Positions 9,221 through 17,471 of a stretch of 64,000 nt of DNA are shown piece by piece. The position numbers and the translations under genes were made by a program. The stretch is from the NCBI GenBank assembly GCA_947623225.1, contig CANQGO010000005.1, positions 423 to 64,422 on the forward strand, in the 5' to 3' direction. The DNA comes from an uncultured Clostridia bacterium. Its GTDB lineage: Bacteria; Bacillota; Clostridia; Christensenellales; CAG-314. Every line of letters begins with the position of its first letter. Position 1 is the stretch's first letter. Under the pieces are notes generated by a model. That model was not told the origin of the DNA. It made no database searches and saw only the letters and a program-made list of their open reading frames with translations.

Positions 9221-10693
9221 ATGAAAAAGATGACGACAAGAAAAATATTGATCATCGCTGTCGCATTTGCACTCATGACGGCACTGACGCTGGCGGCTTG
9301 CTCACCCAAGCCCTTTACACCGGTGACGGACCCCGGCACGGGCAGCGTGGAAGGCAACGGCGGCATAGCGGTGAAGTACGGCGAGTGGCTGTACTATATC
9401 AACGGATACACCAGCGATACCAACGCGGAGAATACCTATACCGACGTGAAGGACGCGCCGCGCGTAGGCTCCGTAGTGCGTATGAAGTTGGCTGACCTGG
9501 AGCAGTGCTTTGAGATACAGAGCGACAAGAACAAGACCTCCGACGACATAGCGCAGTACGTGCGCGAACATGCCGAGACGGTAGTGCCCAGGATATACTA
9601 CAGCGGCAATACCACCACGACGCAGTTCAACGGACTGTATATCTTCGGCGACAGACTGTATATCACCACGCCCAATGACGAACTGACGGCGGGCGGCGAT
9701 ACGCAGACCAGCCAACTCGTGCTGTGCAGCTACAAGCTCGACGGCAGCGACGAGCAACGCCATTTCGTATTCGAGGACAACACAACCCAACTCTGCCTGC
9801 TGGAAAAGAGCGGCAAGGTGGTAGGCACGTACCTGACGGGCAGCAAACTGTACAGTCTGGACGTGGCTGCCGGACAGGGCAAGGAAGTGACGTTCGACGG
9901 TACCGACAAGGCTCCGACGGCGGAGAGCGCGTATACCTCTCCCACCTGGGATATGGCGGGCAAGTGCGTATTCTTCATCGACAAGCTGCTCAATATCTGC
10001 AAACTCGACTTCGGCGCGGACAAGTACACCGTAGTGGTGGACAACCCCGACGTGAAGGTGGAGGAGCACGAGGGCGAGGAGCATGCTCACGTGTCCAGCG
10101 AGGACAGGACCTATACCATCAACTCCGTCAACAACGGCGAAGTGTACTACACCGTAGCGTACAGCAAAAACCCCAGCGTTTCCAATGTCAAACTGTACTG
10201 GGCAGACTCTGCAGGTCAGGACAAGGTGGCATTCAACTCCACTTCCCAGAGCAACCTCAGAGGCTACAAGGGCGGCAAGGTGCTGTACACCGATACTACC
10301 ACTAACCAGGACGGCATATCCTTCTACGGCGTCACTATCATCACCGCCGCCGACGGCTCCACGCAGTCGATAGCATTGGTGCCCGCGTACAACAAGAACT
10401 CCATCACCATAGACAGACTGGAAGGAGATATCCTGTACTACACGGCCAACAGCATCAAGTACACGCTGGATCTGTCCGCTGCCGAGCAGCACAACGGTAC
10501 GCCGTACGCGCGCAACCTTTCCTCTGCGGCAGGCTGGGCGGCACCCGACTTCTTCGCTCACAACGGTACGCAGTATATCATCACCGCGTCCAGTTCCGGC
10601 GGCTTGACGGTAGCCAAGTTCGACCCCGCCAACCCCACCAAGACGCAGAACTCTCTGTCTGTCTTGCTGACGGCGGCTCCCGAAGAAGAGTAA
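9221..10693 (+). CDS. surface lipoprotein, beta-propeller-like (DUF5050-like YY-repeat protein)
   Basis: Lipobox signal MKKMTTRKILIIAVAFALMTALTLAAC. Recurrent strand motifs GEWLYYINGY, GEVYYTVAY and GDILYYTAN. The DUF5050 assignment is by recollection only. Confidence 0.6.
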   Translation: MKKMTTRKILIIAVAFALMTALTLAACSPKPFTPVTDPGTGSVEGNGGIAVKYGEWLYYINGYTSDTNAENTYTDVKDAPRVGSVVRMKLADLEQCFEIQSDKNKTSDDIAQYVREHAETVVPRIYYSGNTTTTQFNGLYIFGDRLYITTPNDELTAGGDTQTSQLVLCSYKLDGSDEQRHFVFEDNTTQLCLLEKSGKVVGTYLTGSKLYSLDVAAGQGKEVTFDGTDKAPTAESAYTSPTWDMAGKCVFFIDKLLNICKLDFGADKYTVVVDNPDVKVEEHEGEEHAHVSSEDRTYTINSVNNGEVYYTVAYSKNPSVSNVKLYWADSAGQDKVAFNSTSQSNLRGYKGGKVLYTDTTTNQDGISFYGVTIITAADGSTQSIALVPAYNKNSITIDRLEGDILYYTANSIKYTLDLSAAEQHNGTPYARNLSSAAGWAAPDFFAHNGTQYIITASSSGGLTVAKFDPANPTKTQNSLSVLLTAAPEEE

Positions 10694-10715
10694 AATAGTT
10701 TTATCTGATAAAAAC

Positions 10716-10744
10716 AGACCTTGCAGATCGCTGCAAGGTCTTTT
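10716..10744. terminator. bidirectional terminator between convergent genes
   Basis: Stem AGACCTTGCAG, loop ATCG, stem CTGCAAGGTCT, with an A-run upstream and a T-run downstream. Confidence 0.75.
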
Positions 10745-10783
10745 CTTTACGTCGTATAAGTTGTCTCGAGAGTGCGAGTAGAG

Positions 10784-11374
10784 TCATGCGAGAGCGCGAG
10801 TGCGGGCGGCAGAGGGTATAAGTTCTCCCGTCAGCCACTTGTAGCCCGCAGCCACAGGCAGTGCGCATAGGAAGGTGGCGGCTGCGCCGGCGAGTTGGTA
10901 GGGCAGGTCTGCGGCAATGTATGCGGCAGGCTGTACGTGCCAGATTAGAACGGTGGCGGCTATGGACACCCAGTAGTACGCTATCTCCGCCAGCGACGCC
11001 ATCGCGGCATAGGACAGCACGCTCATATCGCGGTGGGAGCGGTTGCACAGGCGATAGAGCAGGAAGGGCATCATATAGCCTATCCATACTTCTATGTACC
11101 ATAGGTGCGCGCGCAGCAGTTCGGCGGGGAACCACCCTACGCAGCTGAGTTCGAACAGGACGGCGTACAGCGTGACTATGAGCAGGTTTTTGCCCGCGCT
11201 CATGCTCGCCGCGCATATGATAAGCAATGGAAATACCACATTGGCAAAGGGTATATCCAGCACGAATTGGTCTGTGCACATGGCTGCGAGCACCGTCAGT
11301 GCCGCAAGCCAACCGCCTGCGCCGCCCGTGCGAGCGAGACGCTGTGACTTGGTAAGATTTGTGCAATTGTACAT
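10784..11374 (-). CDS. polytopic membrane protein, ECF S-component-like (putative corrinoid uptake component), 196 aa
   Basis: ATG 11374 with an AAAGGAG RBS. About 5-6 hydrophobic helices. It is the last gene of the riboswitch-controlled operon. The long upstream extension of the track ORF (to 11932) overlaps the real lipoprotein gene in another frame. Confidence 0.5.
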   Translation of the reverse strand: MYNCTNLTKSQRLARTGGAGGWLAALTVLAAMCTDQFVLDIPFANVVFPLLIICAASMSAGKNLLIVTLYAVLFELSCVGWFPAELLRAHLWYIEVWIGYMMPFLLYRLCNRSHRDMSVLSYAAMASLAEIAYYWVSIAATVLIWHVQPAAYIAADLPYQLAGAAATFLCALPVAAGYKWLTGELIPSAARTRALA

Positions 11375-11394
11375 ATATACATATTCTCCTTTGT

Positions 11395-11943
11395 TCAATA
11401 TAGCCAGCCTCTGTACACCAACGTGACCGTTTTGACGTCGTCGTCCGTGCCGAATACCCCGTCCGCGCCCTGTAGCGTCTGGAAATTGGCGGTGTTGCCG
11501 TATTCGCCGTCCACCGCTATGTAGCAGGTCTCGAGATCGTAGTGGCTGCCGTCGGCGAGAGTGCAGTCGTGGAACATATAGAATCGGTGCTGAGACAGGC
11601 GAAATGTGATACTGTCCTCGCTGTCCTCGAAGTACTTGACCACCGACTCGTACACCGTGTTGCCGTAGACGGGTATCGTCCACTCGGCTATGAGTTCGCC
11701 GTCGGCGGTAGAGTGCGGGTAGGCGTCTCCCTCCTCTCTCTCCGTCCTGTCGGTGGGCAGGCGCAGTTCCAGAAGGAACGTAAGGTACTCTTCGTCGCTT
11801 GTCGTGCCCGCTTCGGTGCTCGTCTGCGGCTCTTTCACGCGGTAGTCCGCGTCGTCGGAGGTGGCGTCTTTGCCCCATACTCCGCATGCGGTGAGCAGCA
11901 GGGCACAGGCTGCGAGCATCAGGGCAATGCATATCCGCTTCAT
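11395..11943 (-). CDS. small lipoprotein, 182 aa, unknown family
   Basis: Lipobox MKRICIALMLAACALLLTAC. The start overlaps the upstream gene's stop (ATGA). Confidence 0.7.
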   Translation of the reverse strand: MKRICIALMLAACALLLTACGVWGKDATSDDADYRVKEPQTSTEAGTTSDEEYLTFLLELRLPTDRTEREEGDAYPHSTADGELIAEWTIPVYGNTVYESVVKYFEDSEDSITFRLSQHRFYMFHDCTLADGSHYDLETCYIAVDGEYGNTANFQTLQGADGVFGTDDDVKTVTLVYRGWLY

Positions 11944-13757
11944 AGTACTATCACCTTCTCCGCCGCGTCGTATGCACCCAGCGGAGTGGGAGCGTCTATG
12001 CCCTGTATGTACGCCAGGTAGGCTATAGCTACGGCGAGGTCGATATTGTTGTCTATGACGTACTTGTCACCCTCTGCGGTGAGCGTCTCACGCCATAGCG
12101 TTATTATGTTGTACTCGGTCGGTTCGCCTTCTACGGGTCGAGCAACGGTATAGTGCTCCATGTCTATGCCGTGCATGTAGCCCGTGAGCACAGCCCACTC
12201 CGGCGTGACGTTGGCACCCGTTTCCAATTCGTGGTTGTAGTACTTGCCCAATGTGTCGAGCGTTATCATCTCCTCGAGGGGTTGATTCCAGCCGTCGGTG
12301 AAGGGGAAGTAGCCCTGACGGTACTTCTCGAAGTCCACGTCGTACTCCGGATAGTCGCGGTAGAGCGAGGCGGCTACGGGTCTGCCGCTGGGTCCTACCC
12401 AGTTGGGCGTGCCGCCCTTTCGGGTGAATTCGCCGTTGTCGTCCTTGGCGTAGTAGCCCAGTACGGTGGCGTCGGTGTAGGGCAACTCCGCGTTCAGTGC
12501 CAGATTGGCACGCACGATGGCGAGATAGCTGTACGCCGTCATGCCGAAGGATACCTGCGTCACGGGCAGAAAACTCTTGTAGCGTCCCGCGAAGTCCTTG
12601 CCGTTGGCGTAGGAAGTGAATTGCTGCTCCAGCGTATTCAGCGTGCCCTTGATCTCGCGTATCTGCGCATTGACAGCGGTGCGCTCGGCGGACACCTCGT
12701 CCATCTGCGCCTTGATGGCGGGCTTGTCCTCTTCGCTTGCCGCACGATATTGCGCGTTTAACTCGCTATATTGTACATTCAAAGCGTCGTTTCTGTCGCT
12801 CAGCGGTTGCAACAGCGGTGCTATGCGCTCCTGCTCCGCGAGTATGGCTTCGTATCTCGGCTGCAGCGTCGCGTAGTCGGCGAGGAAGTCGGCGTGACCT
12901 CTGTCGCTGCCCGTGGCTTGCTGTACCGCCGCGAGCAACTGCTCTACGTAGTCCGACGGCATCTCGGCATAGCGCGTGGAAGTCATATTGGAAAAGCGGC
13001 TGTACTTGGCGGCGAGATTGATCTGATATATATTTTCGTCTCCCACTTGGTAGGTATTCTTGGTACCGCCGGACTCCCAAGCGTCGGCTCTTTCCAGATA
13101 GCGCGCTATGGCGTCGGAGTACACGTCGAATGTATTGTCCGTCAGCCCCTTGCCGTGCAGGTACTCCTTGTAGGCATTGGCGGCGATGGAGTAGGTGTAC
13201 AGGTAGTCGAGGATGCCGTACCAGCCCTGAGCCTGCGCTGCGGAGCCGTTCCACTTGTAGTCGGACAACTCGCCCTCTTCTATGAGTTCCGGAAGCATAT
13301 TCATATACTTGCGGAATAGCGCGGCATTGGCGTCGGTGTAGAAGTCGCCCTGCACGTACCGCAGGTATGCAAGGGGCAGCCAGGCGGCAGCCGTCTTGGC
13401 GGAAGATACGGAAGCGGCGAACTCGTCCGAGGCGAGGTACACGCGCAACGCGTCGGCTATACGCTCGGCAAGCGGCGCGTACGAGAAGCGTGCAGTCAGC
13501 GTCACGTCCTCCGTCACGGTATAGGGGAATGACACCCGCACCTCTCCGTCGTAGTACCCGTCGAAGTCAAATCCCGACTTGTGCGGATCCTCCAGCGTCA
13601 GCGCGTCCCCTTCTTGTCGTTCGTAGCGCGTCTGTACGCCATCCACGACGACGGTCACAGTGTGAACAAGCGGCGCAGAGTGCGGCTTGCAAGCCGAGAT
13701 GAACAGGGCAAGCAAGCACACGCACAGCAACGCCGCCATGTGTCTGAGTCTTTTCAT
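11940..13757 (-). CDS. large surface lipoprotein (605 aa): Listeria-Bacteroides-repeat (Flg_new-like) domain plus a long helical region, unknown function
   Basis: Lipobox MKRLRHMAALLCVCLLALFISAC at ATG 13757 with a GGAG RBS. HTVTVVVDGVQTRYERQEGDALTLEDPHKSGFDFDGYYDGEVRVSFPYTVTEDVTLTARF fits the Flg_new repeat pattern. It is the first gene downstream of the cobalamin riboswitch. Confidence 0.7.
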   Translation of the reverse strand: MKRLRHMAALLCVCLLALFISACKPHSAPLVHTVTVVVDGVQTRYERQEGDALTLEDPHKSGFDFDGYYDGEVRVSFPYTVTEDVTLTARFSYAPLAERIADALRVYLASDEFAASVSSAKTAAAWLPLAYLRYVQGDFYTDANAALFRKYMNMLPELIEEGELSDYKWNGSAAQAQGWYGILDYLYTYSIAANAYKEYLHGKGLTDNTFDVYSDAIARYLERADAWESGGTKNTYQVGDENIYQINLAAKYSRFSNMTSTRYAEMPSDYVEQLLAAVQQATGSDRGHADFLADYATLQPRYEAILAEQERIAPLLQPLSDRNDALNVQYSELNAQYRAASEEDKPAIKAQMDEVSAERTAVNAQIREIKGTLNTLEQQFTSYANGKDFAGRYKSFLPVTQVSFGMTAYSYLAIVRANLALNAELPYTDATVLGYYAKDDNGEFTRKGGTPNWVGPSGRPVAASLYRDYPEYDVDFEKYRQGYFPFTDGWNQPLEEMITLDTLGKYYNHELETGANVTPEWAVLTGYMHGIDMEHYTVARPVEGEPTEYNIITLWRETLTAEGDKYVIDNNIDLAVAIAYLAYIQGIDAPTPLGAYDAAEKVIVL

Positions 13758-13786
13758 AGTCCAATCTCCATTCAATGTAATTTCAA

Positions 13787-13812
13787 GGGTCTCCCATAGA
13801 CAAAGAGACCCC
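13787..13812 (-). terminator. expression-platform hairpin (possible attenuator) of the riboswitch
   Basis: On the minus-strand RNA, GGGTCTC, loop TTTGTCTATG, GAGACCC, then TTGAAATT. It lies about 30 nt upstream of ATG 13757. The U-tract is weak. Confidence 0.4.
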
Positions 13813-13850
13813 TTTCCGCGCTTTTCTCGAAACGCAGACAAAATCTCAAC

Positions 13851-14008
13851 GTGGGCGTGGCATTCGGACTTGTCCGAGCACTGTGTGTCGGCTTACCGTT
13901 GCGGAACAGTCCCCGATTCTCACGGGGTTCCCCGTTTGATGCACATACTTGCGCCGTGCAACCCAGGTGTATTCAATTGAGATCATCGTACCCTCTCGGG
14001 CACATTAC
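13851..14008 (-). promoter_or_regulatory. cobalamin (B12) riboswitch
   Basis: The minus-strand RNA contains AAACGGGGAACCCCGUGAGAAUCGGGGACUGUUCCGCAACGGUAAGCC (the conserved GGGAA...GUG.GAAU.C...CCGCAAC.GUAA core). It also contains the B12-box AGUCCGAAUGCCACGCC. Confidence 0.8.
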
Positions 14009-14009
14009 C

Positions 14010-14038
14010 ATTATATACCCGCACCGTCCCGCCGTCAA
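14010..14038 (-). promoter_or_regulatory. sigma-A promoter driving the riboswitch operon
   Basis: Minus strand: TTGACG (14038-14033), a 17-nt spacer, then TATAAT (14015-14010). Confidence 0.65.
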
Positions 14039-14053
14039 GTGCCTGCTCGCGGT

Positions 14054-14082
14054 TTGACAAAAGCGGCGGACTACGCTATACT
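14054..14082 (+). promoter_or_regulatory. divergent sigma-A promoter for the DUF4430-like gene
   Basis: TTGACA (14054-14059), a 17-nt spacer, then TATACT (14077-14082). Only about 17 nt remain before ATG 14100, so this side has no room for a riboswitch. Confidence 0.6.
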
Positions 14083-14099
14083 CTTGGTACAGGTGAGTT

Positions 14100-14573
14100 A
14101 TGAAAAGGTATGTATATGTGCTCATATGTATATGTGCGGCGTTGATGATATGCCTGACGGGCTGCGTGGACAAGGCGGAAGGTACGACGCTCGAAGGTCT
14201 GACGTTGCCGACTCTCAGTGACGGTCAGATGGCGGTGGTGGTCAAGGGCGACGGCTACGAGTGCCACACCGTGACGTTGACGGAGGACATACGTACCTGC
14301 GAGGACGCGTTGGATAGCCTGTATGAGCAGGGCGCGTTGGATATCCGCTGGTCGGATACCGGCTACGGCAAGTATATAGAGAGCGTGGGCGGCGCGGTAC
14401 CCGGCACGGGTCAGTGGATAGCCGTGTACACCGACATGGAAGAGTATAGGGACAGCGGCGCGTATGCCGTGACGTACCTTGTAGGCGAGCGCACGCTGAC
14501 GTCGGCAAAGACGGGCGTGTCCGACCTGCCCGCAAGGAGCGGCTCCGTGCTGTATCTGGAGATCGCAGGCTGA
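14100..14573 (+). CDS. DUF4430-like (transcobalamin beta-domain-like) lipoprotein
   Basis: Lipobox MKRYVYVLICICAALMICLTGC. ALDSLYEQGALDIRWSDTGYGKYIESVGG...GQWIAVYTD resembles the DUF4430 GYG.Y(I/V).S(I/V).G pattern. The family call is from memory. Confidence 0.55.
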   Translation: MKRYVYVLICICAALMICLTGCVDKAEGTTLEGLTLPTLSDGQMAVVVKGDGYECHTVTLTEDIRTCEDALDSLYEQGALDIRWSDTGYGKYIESVGGAVPGTGQWIAVYTDMEEYRDSGAYAVTYLVGERTLTSAKTGVSDLPARSGSVLYLEIAG

Positions 14574-14578
14574 TAATT

Positions 14579-15178
14579 ATGAAACGTATCCGTTCACGAG
14601 GCGGCTATAGTGCCGTACTTATAGCGGTGGCAGCCATGTATGCCGCGCTGCTGGTAGGGGGCAAGGAGATACTCGCCGCCCTTCCCAATGTAGAGATAGT
14701 AACGCTGCTGACGGCGGTGTGCGCCTACGTATGGGGCGGCATGGCGTTTGCCTCGGTGAATGTATTCATCGCGGCGGATATGGCTATATGGGGCGTGAAT
14801 ACCTGGATATTGACCTACCTCGTGCACTGGAACGCCGTCGCGCTGTGCTTTTTCCTGCTGGGCAGGGCGCGCTTTCGCCACAGACGCGTGGAAGTGCTGT
14901 GTGTGACGGCGGCGGCAATTGTACTTACGGTGCTGTTCGGCGTGACGAGTACCATAGTGGATACGTCCATCGGCTACACGGGTAAGGGATTTTTCACCGA
15001 CTTTGAGCAGTTTTTCCCCCGCTTTGCCGCGTTGTACACCGCAGGCGCACCCTTTTTCATCACCCAGACAGTGTGCAATGCCGTCCTGTTCCCGACGGCT
15101 TTTGTGCCGCTGTGTCGGCTGAATGTCCGGGCAAAGACCCGCCTGCAGCCGCCGAGCGAAGAGGGGCAAAGCGATTGA
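14579..15178 (+). CDS. polytopic membrane protein, ECF S-component-like, probable paralog of 10784-11374
   Basis: About 5-6 TM helices, starting 5 nt after the DUF4430-like gene. Its helix and charge pattern is similar to that of the 10784-11374 product. Confidence 0.5.
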   Translation: MKRIRSRGGYSAVLIAVAAMYAALLVGGKEILAALPNVEIVTLLTAVCAYVWGGMAFASVNVFIAADMAIWGVNTWILTYLVHWNAVALCFFLLGRARFRHRRVEVLCVTAAAIVLTVLFGVTSTIVDTSIGYTGKGFFTDFEQFFPRFAALYTAGAPFFITQTVCNAVLFPTAFVPLCRLNVRAKTRLQPPSEEGQSD

Positions 15179-15203
15179 CAAATCCGACGCATTGCACTAT
15201 ACT
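15175..15203 (+). promoter_or_regulatory. sigma-A promoter for proS
   Basis: TTGACA, a 17-nt spacer, then TATACT. The -35 hexamer overlaps the stop codon of the upstream gene. Confidence 0.6.
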
Positions 15204-15245
15204 CATTGAGGTAAAGTTATAAATATATGTAAATAGGAGATATAT

Positions 15246-16682
15246 ATGGCAGACAAACAGTTTGTTACGCAGATAGCGGATATAGATACGGACTTCACGC
15301 AGTGGTACACCGACGTGGTCATCAAGACGCAGTTGGTGGACTACGGTCCCGTGAAGGGCACCATGGTCATACGCCCCTACGGCTATGCCATCTGGGAGAA
15401 TATCCAACGCGAGTTGGACGCGCGTATCAAGGCGACAGGGCATCAGAATGCCTACTTCCCCATGCTCATTCCCATGAGCCTGCTCACCAAGGAGGCAGAG
15501 CACGTGGAGGGCTTCGCTCCCGAGGTGGCGGTCGTGGATATTGCGGGCGGTGAGAAACTCGCCGAACCCCTCGTGGTGCGCCCCACCAGCGAGACCATCA
15601 TATGCAGTATGTACTCCAAGTGGATCAACAGCTACCGCGATCTGCCGCTGAAACTCAACCAGTGGGCAAACGTGGTGCGTTGGGAAAAGACCACCCGTCC
15701 GTTTTTGCGCACGTCGGAGTTCCTCTGGCAGGAGGGTCACACCGTCCACGCCACTCGCGAGGAGTCGGTAGAGGAGACGCTCACCATGCTGCACCTGTAC
15801 CAAGACTTCGCTCGCGAGATACTGGCTATGCCTACATTCATCGGGCGCAAGAGCGAAAAGGAAAAGTTCGCCGGCGCGGAAGAGACCTACGGCATGGAGG
15901 CTATGATGCTGGACGGCAAGAGCCTGCAGGCAGGTACCACTCACCACTTCGGTCAGAAGTTCAGCCGCGCCTATGATATCCAGTTCCTCGACAAGGACGG
16001 CACGCACAAGTACGTCTGGCAGTCCAGTTGGGGCGTGACTACACGCCTTATAGGCGGTCTCATCATGGCGCACGGCGACAAGCGCGGTCTCGTACTGCCG
16101 CCCAGGGTGGCTCCCGTGCAGGTGGTGGTCATACCCGTCGCCGCACACAAGGAGGGCGTTCTCGACAAGGCAGCCGCCGTGGCTCGGACGCTCAGAGACA
16201 AGGGTCTGCGCGTGGAGTTGGACACCCGCGATCAGTCTCCCGGCTGGAAGTTCAACGAGTGGGAGATGAAGGGCGTGCCCCTGCGCATAGAGATAGGTCC
16301 CCGCGATATAGAAAACGGCGTGGCTACCTGCTCCCGCCGCGACACGTTGGAGAAGTTCACATTGCCTCTCGAGGACATTGCCGACAGCGCGGCGCAGCTC
16401 ATGGATACGATACAGTCGGATATGTACCTCAAGTCCCTCGCCTTCCGCGACGCACACGTCAGATACGCCCACGATATGGACGAACTGGGCAGGATCCTCG
16501 ACGACAAGTGCTTTGCCAAGGTGGTCTGGGACAAGGACCCCGCCTGCGAGGCAGCCTTCAAGGAACGCTTCCAGGCTACCGTCCGCGTCATGCTGGACGA
16601 GGTTCCCTTCCAGGATAAGTGCACCTGCTGCGGCAGCAAGGGTGACGACCTGACAGTGGCGATAGTGGCAAGAGCCTACTGA
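15246..16682 (+). CDS. proS: prolyl-tRNA synthetase (archaeal/eukaryote-like short type)
   Basis: Contains FTQWYTDVVIKTQLVDYGPVKGTMVIRPYGYAIWENIQ, NAYFPMLIP and RPTSETI. It also has a C-terminal Zn-type CTCCG motif. Confidence 0.9.
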   Translation: MADKQFVTQIADIDTDFTQWYTDVVIKTQLVDYGPVKGTMVIRPYGYAIWENIQRELDARIKATGHQNAYFPMLIPMSLLTKEAEHVEGFAPEVAVVDIAGGEKLAEPLVVRPTSETIICSMYSKWINSYRDLPLKLNQWANVVRWEKTTRPFLRTSEFLWQEGHTVHATREESVEETLTMLHLYQDFAREILAMPTFIGRKSEKEKFAGAEETYGMEAMMLDGKSLQAGTTHHFGQKFSRAYDIQFLDKDGTHKYVWQSSWGVTTRLIGGLIMAHGDKRGLVLPPRVAPVQVVVIPVAAHKEGVLDKAAAVARTLRDKGLRVELDTRDQSPGWKFNEWEMKGVPLRIEIGPRDIENGVATCSRRDTLEKFTLPLEDIADSAAQLMDTIQSDMYLKSLAFRDAHVRYAHDMDELGRILDDKCFAKVVWDKDPACEAAFKERFQATVRVMLDEVPFQDKCTCCGSKGDDLTVAIVARAY

Positions 16683-16718
16683 TCCGCCCTGCAGTATGAG
16701 ATATTGACGATTTTTTAT

Positions 16719-16770
16719 GAGTGAGGTGTATCTATAAATTTTTTCTATACCTCACTCAAATATTTTTTAG
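16719..16770 (+). terminator. terminator after proS
   Basis: A 13-bp stem TGAGTGAGGTGTA / TATACCTCACTCA (one G-U pair) followed by a T-run at 16764-16769. Confidence 0.6.
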
Positions 16771-16791
16771 GAAAAAAGCCCGTCAAATCGT

Positions 16792-16820
16792 TTGGCTAAT
16801 ATCTCATAGTATGGTATAAT
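16792..16820 (+). promoter_or_regulatory. strong extended -10 promoter for the FMN-binding lipoprotein gene
   Basis: TTGGCT, a 17-nt spacer ending in TGG, then TATAAT (16815-16820). Confidence 0.6.
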
Positions 16821-16926
16821 GTCAAAGGCTGAGGCGAGGGCCACCCGCCGCACCGAAAAACGAGTGGTTTCAAGCAAATAAAATGCTTTGGAATACAAAA
16901 AATATATTTTTTGAAGGAGAAAAAAC

Positions 16927-17409
16927 ATGAAAAAACTTATTGTTATTGCTCTCGCAGTAGTAATGATGGTCTCTGCAGTAGCAGTTCTCGCTGCTTGCGG
17001 CAAGACTTATGAGGGTGAGTACAGCTATGTCAGCCCCTATAACGCTGCTCAGAAGTATGGCTGCAAAGTCAAGGTCACCGTCAAGGGCGACACGATCACG
17101 AACGTCGAAGTAGTCGCTGACACGGAGGACTTCTTCAACCTTACCTCTTCCTGGAATGACAAGTCCAAGTGGGAACAAGGCGGACAAGGCATGATCGACA
17201 GTTTCGTTGGTCTGACCATTGACGAAGTCAACAAGATCGTTGTTAAGTGCGATACCGAGACCAACTCTGAGACTCACGCTACGAAGGGACAACCCCAAGC
17301 CAATGGAATCTCCAATATTCCCACAGGTCTCAAGGTCGTTACCGGTGCTACACAGTCCAGTGGTCGTCTGATCCTTGCAGTTCAGAACGCTCTCAAGAAC
17401 GTTAAATAA
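16927..17409 (+). CDS. FMN-binding-domain lipoprotein (PplA-like flavinylation substrate)
   Basis: Lipobox MKKLIVIALAVVMMVSAVAVLAAC. The C-terminal VTGATQSSG matches the [S/T]GA[S/T] FMN-attachment motif of FMN_bind domains. GAAGGAGA RBS. Confidence 0.75.
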   Translation: MKKLIVIALAVVMMVSAVAVLAACGKTYEGEYSYVSPYNAAQKYGCKVKVTVKGDTITNVEVVADTEDFFNLTSSWNDKSKWEQGGQGMIDSFVGLTIDEVNKIVVKCDTETNSETHATKGQPQANGISNIPTGLKVVTGATQSSGRLILAVQNALKNVK

Positions 17410-17427
17410 TTGCATAACAATTCAGAA

Positions 17428-17463
17428 CAAAAAAACTCGACCCCAAACGGGTCGAGTTTTTTT
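17428..17463. terminator. bidirectional terminator
   Basis: A-run, stem CTCGACCC, loop CAAAC, stem GGGTCGAG, then TTTTTTT. It sits between convergent genes. Confidence 0.85.
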
Positions 17464-17471
17464 GTACGTAG

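Noticed and set aside
10701-11932. Track ORFs 10701-11366 (-) and the long form 10784-11932 (-).
   Set aside because: Only the distal 196 codons of 10784-11932, from ATG 11374 with an AAAGGAG RBS, look like a real hydrophobic membrane protein. The upstream extension overlaps the genuine lipoprotein gene 11395-11943 in another frame. 10701-11366 is an Arg-rich alternative frame.
13842-14099. Whether the riboswitch belongs to the plus-strand DUF4430-like gene instead.
   Set aside because: The conserved cobalamin core and B12 box read correctly only on the minus strand, and they lie downstream of the minus-strand promoter. The plus-strand promoter leaves a leader of only about 17 nt.
15179-15245. 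Possible T-box leader upstream of proS.
   Set aside because: Only about 40 nt lie between the predicted -10 element and the ATG. This is far too short for a T-box (about 200 nt), and no T-box sequence is visible.
16821-16926. Possible FMN or other riboswitch in the roughly 100-nt leader of the FMN-binding lipoprotein gene.
   Set aside because: The leader is shorter than an FMN element and lacks its conserved segments. It contains only small GC hairpins (GGCGAGGGCCACCCGCC), which I could not match to any class.
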